DNA of 32,000 nt from an uncultured bacterium. GTDB lineage: Bacteria > Margulisbacteria > WOR-1 > CAVSGV01. This document shows positions 23,927 to 31,660 of the stretch, piece by piece (positions within the stretch are counted from its first letter, which is position 1; every line of letters starts with the position of its first letter). A program made the translations under genes and the position numbers. The notes beneath the pieces were generated by a model, which made no database searches, was not told where the DNA came from, and saw only the letters and a list, made by a program, of their open reading frames with translations. The stretch spans positions 90,001-122,000 of the forward strand of contig OY969425.1 of assembly GCA_963699255.1 (NCBI GenBank), written 5' to 3'.

Positions 23927-25426
23927 TTGAAAAAAACAATATTGATCGCATTGGCCGCGCTAATCCTTGCAAGCTTGATCTTTGTATTTTATTCTTCTGC
24001 ACTGAAGTTGAATTTCTTATACGGTGATGATTATAATATTATCAAAGCAAGTTACTTGAATCCCGCACAATATTATTTGGGGAACTGGACGGGCGGCCGC
24101 GGGGTGGGAGGCTTTTACCGGCCGGTAATTATTTCATCGGTCAAGTTGGGTGATTTTTTGTGGGGGATCGGGCCTTTCGGATATCGTCTGTCCAATTTGA
24201 TTCTCCATGTAGCGTGCACTTTTTTTGTGTTTTTGATCGCATACCATGTCCTGAATAGCTATTTATTTGCGTTGTCCTCCGGAGCCTTATTTGCCATATT
24301 GCCGCTGAATGCAGAGACAGTGAATTGGAGCAGGTGCGATCTGGTAGCGACAATGTTCTATCTGGCGGCTTTTTATTTTTATTTATTATATTCAAAAAAG
24401 AGGTATAAGTGGGGCCTTTTGCTCTCGCTCTTATCCTTTGTTCTTTCCCTGGGATCAAAGGAATCCGCATTGTCACTGCCTTTAATCATTTTTGTTTATG
24501 AGTATTTGAATAACGGCTTTAAGAATATAAGCAGAATCATCGGGGCTTACTTCCTTGTCCTTATTCCATACTTTATTCTAAGGTATTTTTCATTGGGAAC
24601 ATTTTTTGGCGGTTATAAGGTAGGCGTTTTCAGCGCGATCACACATGCGCTTTTTGGGTATTTAAGGACTTTCCAGCTGGTGGCTTTGCCTTTCATACAG
24701 GAGAGGATTTTATTGTATTTTATTCTTGCGCCCTTGATCATTCTGGCGGTTTTGATTTTTATGGTTCATTACGTTAAAAGATACGATCCTCCAAAAACCT
24801 TTTATTTTTTCTTGATATGGCCGCTAATAACCCTTTTACCGGCTGCCCACTTACTCCCCATAGGGTTTGATTTTCGTTGTTCAAGATTTTGGTATTTACC
24901 TTCCGCGGGCATATCATGGCTTATTGCTTATTTCGCTTTTGTTGAAGGATACGGAGCTCAAAAGAAAGTAATGGCGGCAAGCAAGGTCGCCTATCTGATA
25001 TTCTTTATTTACAGCTGTTTTTTCCTCGTTCAAATTAACAATGTCTGGATGAAGGCTTCGGATATGACCAGAATAATACGGCAAGAGGCGATAAAAATAG
25101 TAGAGCGCTACCCAAAAGGCTCCAGGATATGCTTCTGGAATATCACCGACAATTACAAAGGGTGTTATGTCGGCATGCCGTTCTTAGAGCCGCCGTTTTA
25201 TGAAAGCCGATGGATCATCATGGGGTATCAAAGTGATTATTTGTCTTATTCGGACATATCGAAAAAGATCGATGTCAATGAATACGATAATTATGTTTAT
25301 AACGCATCGGAAGGGCGGTTTAATAGGGTTGCTCCGTCGTATATTAAGCGAAACGATGTCCCAAGGGTTGTTGATGATTTCAATAACTTGAAAAGATTCA
25401 AGGCGTTCTTAAAGGGGATAAAATGA
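23927..25426 (+). CDS. GT-C fold membrane glycosyltransferase (PMT/TMTC/ArnT-like), paralog 1
   Basis: Polytopic. The acidic pair just after TM1 (LNFLYGDDYNIIK), followed by FYRPV...LWGIGPFGYRLSNLILHVACTFFVFL, matches the PMT_2/TMTC-type N-terminal pattern. It has a soluble C-terminal domain of about 130 aa. Start probably TTG 23927; the track ORF begins at ATG 23879. Confidence 0.7.
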   Translation: MKKTILIALAALILASLIFVFYSSALKLNFLYGDDYNIIKASYLNPAQYYLGNWTGGRGVGGFYRPVIISSVKLGDFLWGIGPFGYRLSNLILHVACTFFVFLIAYHVLNSYLFALSSGALFAILPLNAETVNWSRCDLVATMFYLAAFYFYLLYSKKRYKWGLLLSLLSFVLSLGSKESALSLPLIIFVYEYLNNGFKNISRIIGAYFLVLIPYFILRYFSLGTFFGGYKVGVFSAITHALFGYLRTFQLVALPFIQERILLYFILAPLIILAVLIFMVHYVKRYDPPKTFYFFLIWPLITLLPAAHLLPIGFDFRCSRFWYLPSAGISWLIAYFAFVEGYGAQKKVMAASKVAYLIFFIYSCFFLVQINNVWMKASDMTRIIRQEAIKIVERYPKGSRICFWNITDNYKGCYVGMPFLEPPFYESRWIIMGYQSDYLSYSDISKKIDVNEYDNYVYNASEGRFNRVAPSYIKRNDVPRVVDDFNNLKRFKAFLKGIK

Positions 25427-26829
25427 AAGGCCCATTTAAAACCATTCGCTTGTTCCTTTTATTGTTTTTCCTTAACTTGATCATATTTGTCCGGGTCTTT
25501 CCTTCATTCTTTTATGTGGACGAGTTCGAGCTGATCTATTCACAGAGGTTCGGAAGTATACAAGAACTTATTTTCAGGATATTTGCTTCCTCGACCAGTT
25601 ATTTATTCCGCCCCATGTATTATCTAATGTTCGGCCTTTATTATAAGATATGCCTTTTTAACATGGCGTATTGTTACGCTTTGCCTTTCCTTGCCCATTT
25701 CATTGCGGCTATTTCAGTGTATTACTTTTTGTTAAGGGATGAAAACGATTCATCTTTTGCGGCGATCGGGTCGATCTTGTTCATCATATACTGCGGCGTT
25801 TGGGAGGCCGTTGGCTCCATATCCGGGATACTCTATCCCATGACGGCCATATTTTTATTGAACGCTTTCATCTGCTATTTCAACAGGCGATACTGGTTTT
25901 CGTTCTTGCTGTTTGCGATGGGATTGTTGACGCATGAAGTGTCCATCATGTTCGTTCCTTTGGTGCTGTTATATGAAAGGATGGTAAACAATAAGAGGAT
26001 GAGCTTAAGTTCATTTAAAGGCCTATATGCCAGCTCGCTTTTAACCATAGCTTTTCTTTTCTTTTATTTCTTCAAGAAACTTTTTTTCCATGCGGCGCCC
26101 ATGTCGGATAAATATGTTATAGGGCCGCATTTTTTTTGGAATGAACTGAATTACATAGCGACCTTATTTATCCCGATCATAACGAGTTATAGGATGCAGT
26201 CGGTATTACCGGGAACGATAATTAAAGCGATCGATCTCGCTAAACTTGGGGTCGTTTGCCTGGTTCCATTCGGCATTTTGGCCGTGTTCTTATATGGGCC
26301 GGGAAAAGCAAAATTTTTCACCTGTTGGGGCTTATTGACCTTGCTGCCCTTCTCGTTTTTTATTACCCCCGCGGTATCCCGTTATTTATATATTGCTTCG
26401 ATCGGATATATCGCGGGAGTGGTGTTATTTATTGATCATTTGCTCAGAAGCGACAAGTATAAAAAGATCGGCATTATAATATTTACGCTCTTATTCGTTG
26501 GGAACATTGGCGGGATGTACGCCTATCAAAAACTTTTTTATAATAAAAAGGAGGTCAGAAGACAGATAATAAATGATGTCATTGCTCAAGCCCCCAAGAT
26601 CAAACTCAATTCCCGTATATGCTTCATAGATTTGCCGATCAGGGATGATGAGATAAAAAACATGATATATCTTTGGTATAAAAGCGACAGGTACAAAATA
26701 TATACTATCAATGCTGATAATGTGCCTTACAGGCGGGGCTATGATCCCAAAAGGAGATATTCGTACGATTATGTTTTTGTCTATAATTGTGCGGGCGGAA
26801 GAACAAAGCTTGTGAACGGTCGCAATTGA
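25423..26829 (+). CDS. GT-C fold membrane glycosyltransferase (PMT/TMTC/ArnT-like), paralog 2
   Basis: Same layout as paralog 1: FFYVDEFELIY after TM1, then LFRPMYYLMFGLY...LAHFIAAISVYYFL. Its C-terminal soluble domain shares the SRICF motif with paralog 1. ATGA overlap with paralog 1. Confidence 0.7.
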   Translation: MKGPFKTIRLFLLLFFLNLIIFVRVFPSFFYVDEFELIYSQRFGSIQELIFRIFASSTSYLFRPMYYLMFGLYYKICLFNMAYCYALPFLAHFIAAISVYYFLLRDENDSSFAAIGSILFIIYCGVWEAVGSISGILYPMTAIFLLNAFICYFNRRYWFSFLLFAMGLLTHEVSIMFVPLVLLYERMVNNKRMSLSSFKGLYASSLLTIAFLFFYFFKKLFFHAAPMSDKYVIGPHFFWNELNYIATLFIPIITSYRMQSVLPGTIIKAIDLAKLGVVCLVPFGILAVFLYGPGKAKFFTCWGLLTLLPFSFFITPAVSRYLYIASIGYIAGVVLFIDHLLRSDKYKKIGIIIFTLLFVGNIGGMYAYQKLFYNKKEVRRQIINDVIAQAPKIKLNSRICFIDLPIRDDEIKNMIYLWYKSDRYKIYTINADNVPYRRGYDPKRRYSYDYVFVYNCAGGRTKLVNGRN

Positions 26830-26889
26830 TTTTTGTCTCTATCAATAGTAAAATCAATTGGTTTTAATAAGCCTGACGGAGAAAATTGT

Positions 26890-27933
26890 ATGCATGATAA
26901 AAAACAGATTGTAATGGTGACCGGTGGGGCCGGATACATTGGGGCCGTTCTTGTGAGGGAGCTTTTAAGGCAGGGATATGGGGTCAGAGTATTTGATACG
27001 CTTTATTTCGGGAAAGAATCCCTTTCCGAAATAGAAGATAAGATCGAGATCGTCCGGGGCGATGTTAGGGAGTTCCCCAGCGGGGCATTAAGCGGCGTCT
27101 CCTCTGTTATTCATCTTGGTTCGCTTTCAAATGATCCCACCGCGGAATTCGACCCGAAATCAAACCATGAGATAAACTGCGAGGGGACAAAGCGCGTTGC
27201 CGAAGCCTGTAAGAAGGCCGGGGTAAAAAGAATGACCTTCGCTTCTTCCGCGGCCGTTTACGGTTTTCATGTCGGCAGCGTTGCCGATGAGGGATTCAGA
27301 ACTAATCCTCAATCGGAATACGCGCAGTCAAAGCTTGATGCCGAAAAAGCGCTGTTGGAATTGGCGGACGGCGGATTTTGCCCCGTTATTCTTCGCCAGG
27401 CGACGGTATTCGGCCTTTCAACCCGGATGAGATGGGACCTGGTCGTGAATACGATGACAAAGGATGCTTTTAGCAAGAAGAAGCTAACTGTTTTTTGCGA
27501 AGGAGAGAATTGGAGGCCGCTTGTTTCGGTGAATGATGTCGCGAGAGCGCACATACGATGCATGGTAGCTCCGGAATCAAAGGTCAGGGGCCAGATTTTC
27601 AATGTTGTACATGAGAACCTGATGATACTTGAACTCGCAGGTTTAATGAAAGGATATCTTGATAAAAAGCAGAGGATCGAAGTTGAGGTCCTTTCCGGAG
27701 CGAAAGAGTCAAGAAGTTACAGGGTATCCGGCGAGAATATCAAGAAAGTTCTGGGCTTTGAGACGAAGTTCGGCATCGAAGACGCGGTGAACGAAATATA
27801 TTCGGCGCTTCTGCTGGGCCTCTATACGGATTTTGAGAACCCGATCTATTATAATATCGAATGGATGAAACTGCTGGCGGAAAGATCGAAAAAATCAAGC
27901 CTGGCAGGATACGGCACAAAAGGAGCCGCATGA
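26890..27933 (+). CDS. NAD-dependent sugar epimerase/dehydratase (extended SDR; substrate unknown)
   Basis: IVMVTGGAGYIGAVLVRELL, ASSAAVYG and YxxxK (YAQSKLDAE). Start placed at ATG 26890 (GGAGA SD) rather than the TTG 26833 of the track. Confidence 0.85.
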   Translation: MHDKKQIVMVTGGAGYIGAVLVRELLRQGYGVRVFDTLYFGKESLSEIEDKIEIVRGDVREFPSGALSGVSSVIHLGSLSNDPTAEFDPKSNHEINCEGTKRVAEACKKAGVKRMTFASSAAVYGFHVGSVADEGFRTNPQSEYAQSKLDAEKALLELADGGFCPVILRQATVFGLSTRMRWDLVVNTMTKDAFSKKKLTVFCEGENWRPLVSVNDVARAHIRCMVAPESKVRGQIFNVVHENLMILELAGLMKGYLDKKQRIEVEVLSGAKESRSYRVSGENIKKVLGFETKFGIEDAVNEIYSALLLGLYTDFENPIYYNIEWMKLLAERSKKSSLAGYGTKGAA

Positions 27934-28796
27934 AAATCCTTCTGATAGGCGCGGACGGGCAGCTAGGCACGGACATTCAAAAAGTGATAGACAGATCAGA
28001 ACTTATCCCTCTTACTATTGCTGACATTGATGTTACAAAAAAAGAAAGCATTTCGTCGGTTATCGGCAGGCATAAACCGGATATCGTTATCAACACATCC
28101 GCGTACCACAGGGTGGATGATTGTGAGGACAATGATGAACTTGCTTTCGCGGTCAATGCCATTGGCGTGAAGAACCTCTGTCTGTCCTGCAGGGAAAATG
28201 ATGCCGCGCTGGTCCATATAAGCACGGATTATGTTTTTGACGGCAGGAAGGGCAAGCCGTATTTCGAAACGGATTGTCCGAATCCCGGCACCGTATACGG
28301 CATTTCAAAGCTCGCGGGCGAGCTTTATGTGAGATACATGGTGAAGAAATATTTTCTTATCAGGTCATGTGGACTGTTCGGAGTGGCAGGATGCCTCGGC
28401 AAAGGCGGAGGGAATTTTATCGAGTCCATGCTCAAGCTTGGAAAAGAAAAGCCCGTATTAAGGGTCGTCGCCGACCAGATAGTCGGACCTACATATACCC
28501 TGGACCTGGCGAGCAAGATCAATGACCTTATCAGGACAGAATACTATGGCCTTTATCATGTCACAAATAAAGGAAAGTGCAGCTGGTATGACTTCGCGAA
28601 AAAAATATTCGAGTTGACCGGCACAAGAGTGAAGATCGAAAAGGCGACCACGTCGGAGTTCAAAGCAAAAGCCACAAGGCCGGCATATTCGGTCCTTGAG
28701 CACGGGAGTTTGAAGAAGGTCGGCCTTGATGACATGCGCACCTGGGATAAGGCGCTGGAAGCGTATCTCGAAGAAAAGAAACGGATAAATGGTTGA
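27930..28796 (+). CDS. rfbD: dTDP-4-dehydrorhamnose reductase
   Basis: MKILLIGADGQLGTDI...PDIVINTSAYHRVDDCE...LVHISTDYVFDG...YGISKLAGE...VADQIVGPTYTLDLA...CSWYDFAKKIF...RPAYSVL. ATG 27930 forms an ATGA overlap with the upstream SDR gene. Confidence 0.9.
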   Translation: MKILLIGADGQLGTDIQKVIDRSELIPLTIADIDVTKKESISSVIGRHKPDIVINTSAYHRVDDCEDNDELAFAVNAIGVKNLCLSCRENDAALVHISTDYVFDGRKGKPYFETDCPNPGTVYGISKLAGELYVRYMVKKYFLIRSCGLFGVAGCLGKGGGNFIESMLKLGKEKPVLRVVADQIVGPTYTLDLASKINDLIRTEYYGLYHVTNKGKCSWYDFAKKIFELTGTRVKIEKATTSEFKAKATRPAYSVLEHGSLKKVGLDDMRTWDKALEAYLEEKKRING

Positions 28797-29679
28797 TGTC
28801 TCGATCTGTATCGTAAATTACAACGCTAAAGATTTCCTGGATAACTGCATAAGATCCATCTTCGGCTCCATAAAAGACCGTTCCTATGAGGTCATAGTTG
28901 TTGACAACGCCTCGACCGATGGATCGCGGGAGATAGCGAAGAAATATCCGAGCATAAGATACATCCAAAATCCTTCAAACCTTGGATTCATTAAGGCCAA
29001 CAATATCGGGATAAAGAGTTCCGGCGGCAGATATGTCCTTTCCTTGAATAACGATACTGTGATAAAGAATGGCGCGATAGAAAAGATGGTGGATTTCATG
29101 GACAAGACTTCTGACGCGGGCGCTGTCGGCCCCAAACTGTTGAACAGCGACGGATCCATACAGATGCAGTGCAGAAGAGGGTTCCCGACGCCTTCAAGTT
29201 CACTTTTCTATTTTTTGGGTTTGAGCCGGCTTTTTCCAAAAAGCAAAATTTTCGGGGCCTATCTTCTGACCTATCTTGACGACATCGCGACATCAGAGGT
29301 CGATAGCCTTTGCGGGGCGGCCATGATGGTCCGGCGTGAGGTAATCGACAGTGTCGGGCTTATGGATGAGAACTATTTTATGTACGGAGATGACATAGAC
29401 TGGTGCTACAGGATCAAGCGGGCGGAAATGAAGGTTTATTACCTGCCGGAAGCGGAAATGATCCATTACGGTGGAAGAGGGGGCAGCCGGCGGCAGAGTT
29501 ACCGCAACATATTCGAATTCCATCGCGCGATGGCGGTGTTTTACAGGAAGCACTATTCTAAAGGTTGCCTTTTCCTGATGAACTGGTTTGTTTATGCGGG
29601 AATTTGGCTGAAATGTGCTGTAGAATTGATCCGCAATATGTTCAGGAAAGAAAAGTATGTAGGGACGAAAAAGCCTTAA
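28789..29679 (+). CDS. Glycosyltransferase family 2 (rhamnosyltransferase-like)
   Basis: VSICIVNYNAKDFLDNCIRSI...YEVIVVDNASTDGS...LGFIKANNIG...SLNNDTVI...GDDIDWCYRIKRAEM. 8-nt overlap with rfbD. Confidence 0.85.
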   Translation: MVDVSICIVNYNAKDFLDNCIRSIFGSIKDRSYEVIVVDNASTDGSREIAKKYPSIRYIQNPSNLGFIKANNIGIKSSGGRYVLSLNNDTVIKNGAIEKMVDFMDKTSDAGAVGPKLLNSDGSIQMQCRRGFPTPSSSLFYFLGLSRLFPKSKIFGAYLLTYLDDIATSEVDSLCGAAMMVRREVIDSVGLMDENYFMYGDDIDWCYRIKRAEMKVYYLPEAEMIHYGGRGGSRRQSYRNIFEFHRAMAVFYRKHYSKGCLFLMNWFVYAGIWLKCAVELIRNMFRKEKYVGTKKP

Positions 29680-29693
29680 AAATGATATAATAA

Positions 29694-29790
29694 CCTCACT
29701 TCTAGCCTCTCTCCTATAAATAGGAGAGAGGAAATGTAACTATAGTTTTGCTTCCCTTCTCCTAATATAGGAGAAGGGCTAGGGATGAGG
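29694..29790 (+). repeat. 97-nt structured repeat, copy 2
   Basis: CCTCACTTCTAG | CCTCTCTCCTA-taaa-TAGGAGAGAGG | linker | CCCTTCTCCTA-ata-TAGGAGAAGGG | CTAGGGATGAGG. It has the same length, orientation and architecture as copy 1 and ends 11 nt before the rfbA ATG. Confidence 0.85.
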
Positions 29791-29801
29791 TGGGAGGAAC
29801 T

Positions 29802-30521
29802 ATGAAAGGCGTCATACTGGCTGGCGGGACGGGTTCAAGACTGTATCCTTTGACAAAAGTGACCAACAAACATCTTCTGCCTGTTGCCAGAAAGCCGATG
29901 ATATACCATCCGATCGAGAAACTGAAACAGGCCGGCATCGACGAGATCCTGATCGTGACGGGTGTAGAGCACATGGGGGATGTGGTGACGCTTCTGGGAA
30001 GCGGAAAGGAATTCGGCTGCAGGTTCACATATAAGGTGCAGGATGAAGCAGGAGGGATCGCACAGGCGCTGGGCATTGCGGAACATTTCTCTAACGGGGA
30101 AAAGATCCTGGTTATACTGGGAGATAATATTTTTGAGGAAGATCTATCGAAGATCGTATCTAAATTCGAGGGACAATCGTCCGGAGCAAAGCTGTTACTG
30201 AAAGAAGTAAAAGATCCGAACAGGTTCGGAGTCGCTGAGATCAAGGGGGATAAGATAGTCGGGATCGAGGAAAAGCCCAAAAAACCGAAAAGCAACCTGA
30301 TAGTGACAGGCATATACATGTACAACACCGACGTTTTCAAGATCATTAGAAAGCTAAGACCATCCACAAGGGGAGAACTGGAAATAACCGATGTGAACAA
30401 TGAATACATAAAACGCGGAGAAATAACGTATGAGATAATGCGGGGTTGGTGGACCGACGCGGGGACGTTTGAAACTCTTGAGCTGGCAAGCAGACTTGTT
30501 GAAGGGCGAGCGGCAAAGTGA
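29802..30521 (+). CDS. rfbA: Glucose-1-phosphate thymidylyltransferase (short form)
   Basis: MKGVILAGGTGSRLYPLTKVTNKHLLPVARKPMIYHPIEKL...QDEAGGIAQAL...LGDNIF...RFGVAE...EEKPKKPKSNL. Start at ATG 29802 (GGGAGG SD); the track ORF begins at GTG 29790 inside the repeat. Confidence 0.85.
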   Translation: MKGVILAGGTGSRLYPLTKVTNKHLLPVARKPMIYHPIEKLKQAGIDEILIVTGVEHMGDVVTLLGSGKEFGCRFTYKVQDEAGGIAQALGIAEHFSNGEKILVILGDNIFEEDLSKIVSKFEGQSSGAKLLLKEVKDPNRFGVAEIKGDKIVGIEEKPKKPKSNLIVTGIYMYNTDVFKIIRKLRPSTRGELEITDVNNEYIKRGEITYEIMRGWWTDAGTFETLELASRLVEGRAAK

Positions 30522-31543
30522 AAAGGATACTGGTCACAGGCGGCTGCGGATTCATCGGCAGCAATTTTATCAGACATGTAATCAATAAGGATTACTTCAT
30601 CTGCAACCTTGATGATCTGACCTACGCGGGCAATCTTGAGAATCTAAGTGACATTGCCGGCAAAAAGAACTACAGGTTCGTTAAGGGGGATATCGGCGAT
30701 CCGAAGATGGTCCGGAAGACGCTGACAGATTTTCACATTGACGCTATCATTAATTTTGCAGCTGAATCGCATGTTGACAGGAGCATATTAGGGCCCGAGA
30801 TATTCACAAGAACGAACGTTCTGGGCGCTCAGGTGCTTCTTGATGTTTCCCGGGAGCTGTGGTCAAAGAACTCCTTCAGCGGGAATAAGTTCATTCAAGT
30901 CTCCACAGATGAGGTTTACGGCTCTCTTGGCAGAACGGGCAAGTTCAGGGAAGACACGCCTCTCTCGGCGAACAGCCCTTATTCCGCGAGCAAAGCGGCT
31001 GCCGACCTTCTGGCCATGTCGTATCATAATACGTTCGGTTTTCCGGCGGTCATATCCAGGTGTTCAAATAACTACGGGCCTTATCAGTTTCCGGAGAAGT
31101 TCATACCTTTAATGATCATCAACGCGCTGTCAGGGCGTAGGCTTCCCGTATATGGGGACGGCTTGAACGTAAGGGACTGGCTGCATGTGGAGGACCATTG
31201 CAGCGCGATTGAAACCATACTTAAGAAAGGGAAGATCGGGGAGGTCTACAATATCGGCGGAAGCAACGAATGGAAGAACATCGATGTGGTCAAAGAAATA
31301 TTGAAGCTCCTCAACAAACCCGAATCGCTCATTGATTTTGTGACCGACAGGCTCGGGCACGATAGGCGGTACGCCATGGATGCGGGAAAGATCAGGAAAG
31401 AACTTGGATGGTGGCCAAAGCACAGGTTTGATGAGGGATTGAAGGAGACGATAGGGTGGTATCTGGAAAACAAAAGCTGGTGGAAGAAGATAATCAGCGG
31501 CGAATATAAGAGCTACTACAAGAAAATGTATAATGAAAGATGA
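30518..31543 (+). CDS. rfbB: dTDP-glucose 4,6-dehydratase
   Basis: ILVTGGCGFIGSNFIRHV...LTYAGNLENL...NFAAESHVDRSI...VSTDEVYGSL...SPYSASKAAADLL...RCSNNYGPYQFPEKFIPLMI...VYGDGLNVRDWLHVEDHC...DRLGHDRRYAMD. GTGA overlap with rfbA. Confidence 0.95.
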   Translation: MKRILVTGGCGFIGSNFIRHVINKDYFICNLDDLTYAGNLENLSDIAGKKNYRFVKGDIGDPKMVRKTLTDFHIDAIINFAAESHVDRSILGPEIFTRTNVLGAQVLLDVSRELWSKNSFSGNKFIQVSTDEVYGSLGRTGKFREDTPLSANSPYSASKAAADLLAMSYHNTFGFPAVISRCSNNYGPYQFPEKFIPLMIINALSGRRLPVYGDGLNVRDWLHVEDHCSAIETILKKGKIGEVYNIGGSNEWKNIDVVKEILKLLNKPESLIDFVTDRLGHDRRYAMDAGKIRKELGWWPKHRFDEGLKETIGWYLENKSWWKKIISGEYKSYYKKMYNER

Positions 31544-31544
31544 A

Positions 31545-31584
31545 GAGCCCGCGACTGAACGTCGCGGCTCCAATTAGTTTTCTG
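31545..31584 (+). terminator. Possible intrinsic terminator after rfbB
   Basis: GC-rich hairpin GAGCC(C)GCGAC-tgaac-GTCGCGGCTC at 31545-31570: 10 bp with a 1-nt bulge, 2 nt after the stop codon. It is followed by caattaGTTTTCT. The T-tract is short and displaced, so this is a weak call. Confidence 0.35.
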
Positions 31585-31660
31585 GGCGCGACTAGAATTG
31601 GCTGAACCGATTTAGTTAGTTGGAGCCGAGGCGTTTAGCCTCGGGGCTCAGAGATAAAAG

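Noticed and set aside
21000-26830. Calling the low-GC module a mobile element, genomic island or prophage fragment.
   Set aside because: No integrase, transposase, tRNA, flanking direct repeats or terminal inverted repeats were found. Only the composition and strand switch support foreign origin, so it is reported as a finding and not as a mobile_element feature.
26823-26860. 11-bp perfect inverted repeat CAATTGATTTT...AAAATCAATTG spanning the stop codon of the second GT-C gene, considered as a terminator.
   Set aside because: The stem is almost pure A/T, the loop is 16 nt and no T-tract follows, so it would be a very weak terminator. It may simply mark the island edge.
26833-26889. N-terminal extensions of several track ORFs (26833 TTG, 27861 ATG, 16725 ATG, 29790 GTG, 22013 ATG, 23879 ATG).
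   Set aside because: In each case an internal start has a good SD and/or a 4-nt overlap with the upstream stop, and it yields the family-typical N-terminus (for example, a Rossmann GxGxxG motif within the first 15 residues). The extensions overlap upstream genes or repeats.
7598-29790. The two 97-nt repeats considered as a CRISPR or other array-type repeat.
   Set aside because: There are only two copies, 22 kb apart. There is no regular spacing and no cas genes, and the internal twin-hairpin architecture is unlike CRISPR repeats.
29762-30577. 271-aa antisense ORF covering the whole of rfbA.
   Set aside because: The plus-strand product has unmistakable thymidylyltransferase motifs. The antisense translation is Ser/Pro-rich with no motifs, which is typical of a mirror ORF.
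27930-31543. Absence of rfbC (dTDP-4-dehydrorhamnose 3,5-epimerase) although rfbD, rfbA and rfbB are present.
   Set aside because: The locus clearly continues beyond the window end (a GT4 gene is cut at 32000). rfbC may lie downstream or elsewhere in the genome, so its absence cannot be judged from this window.
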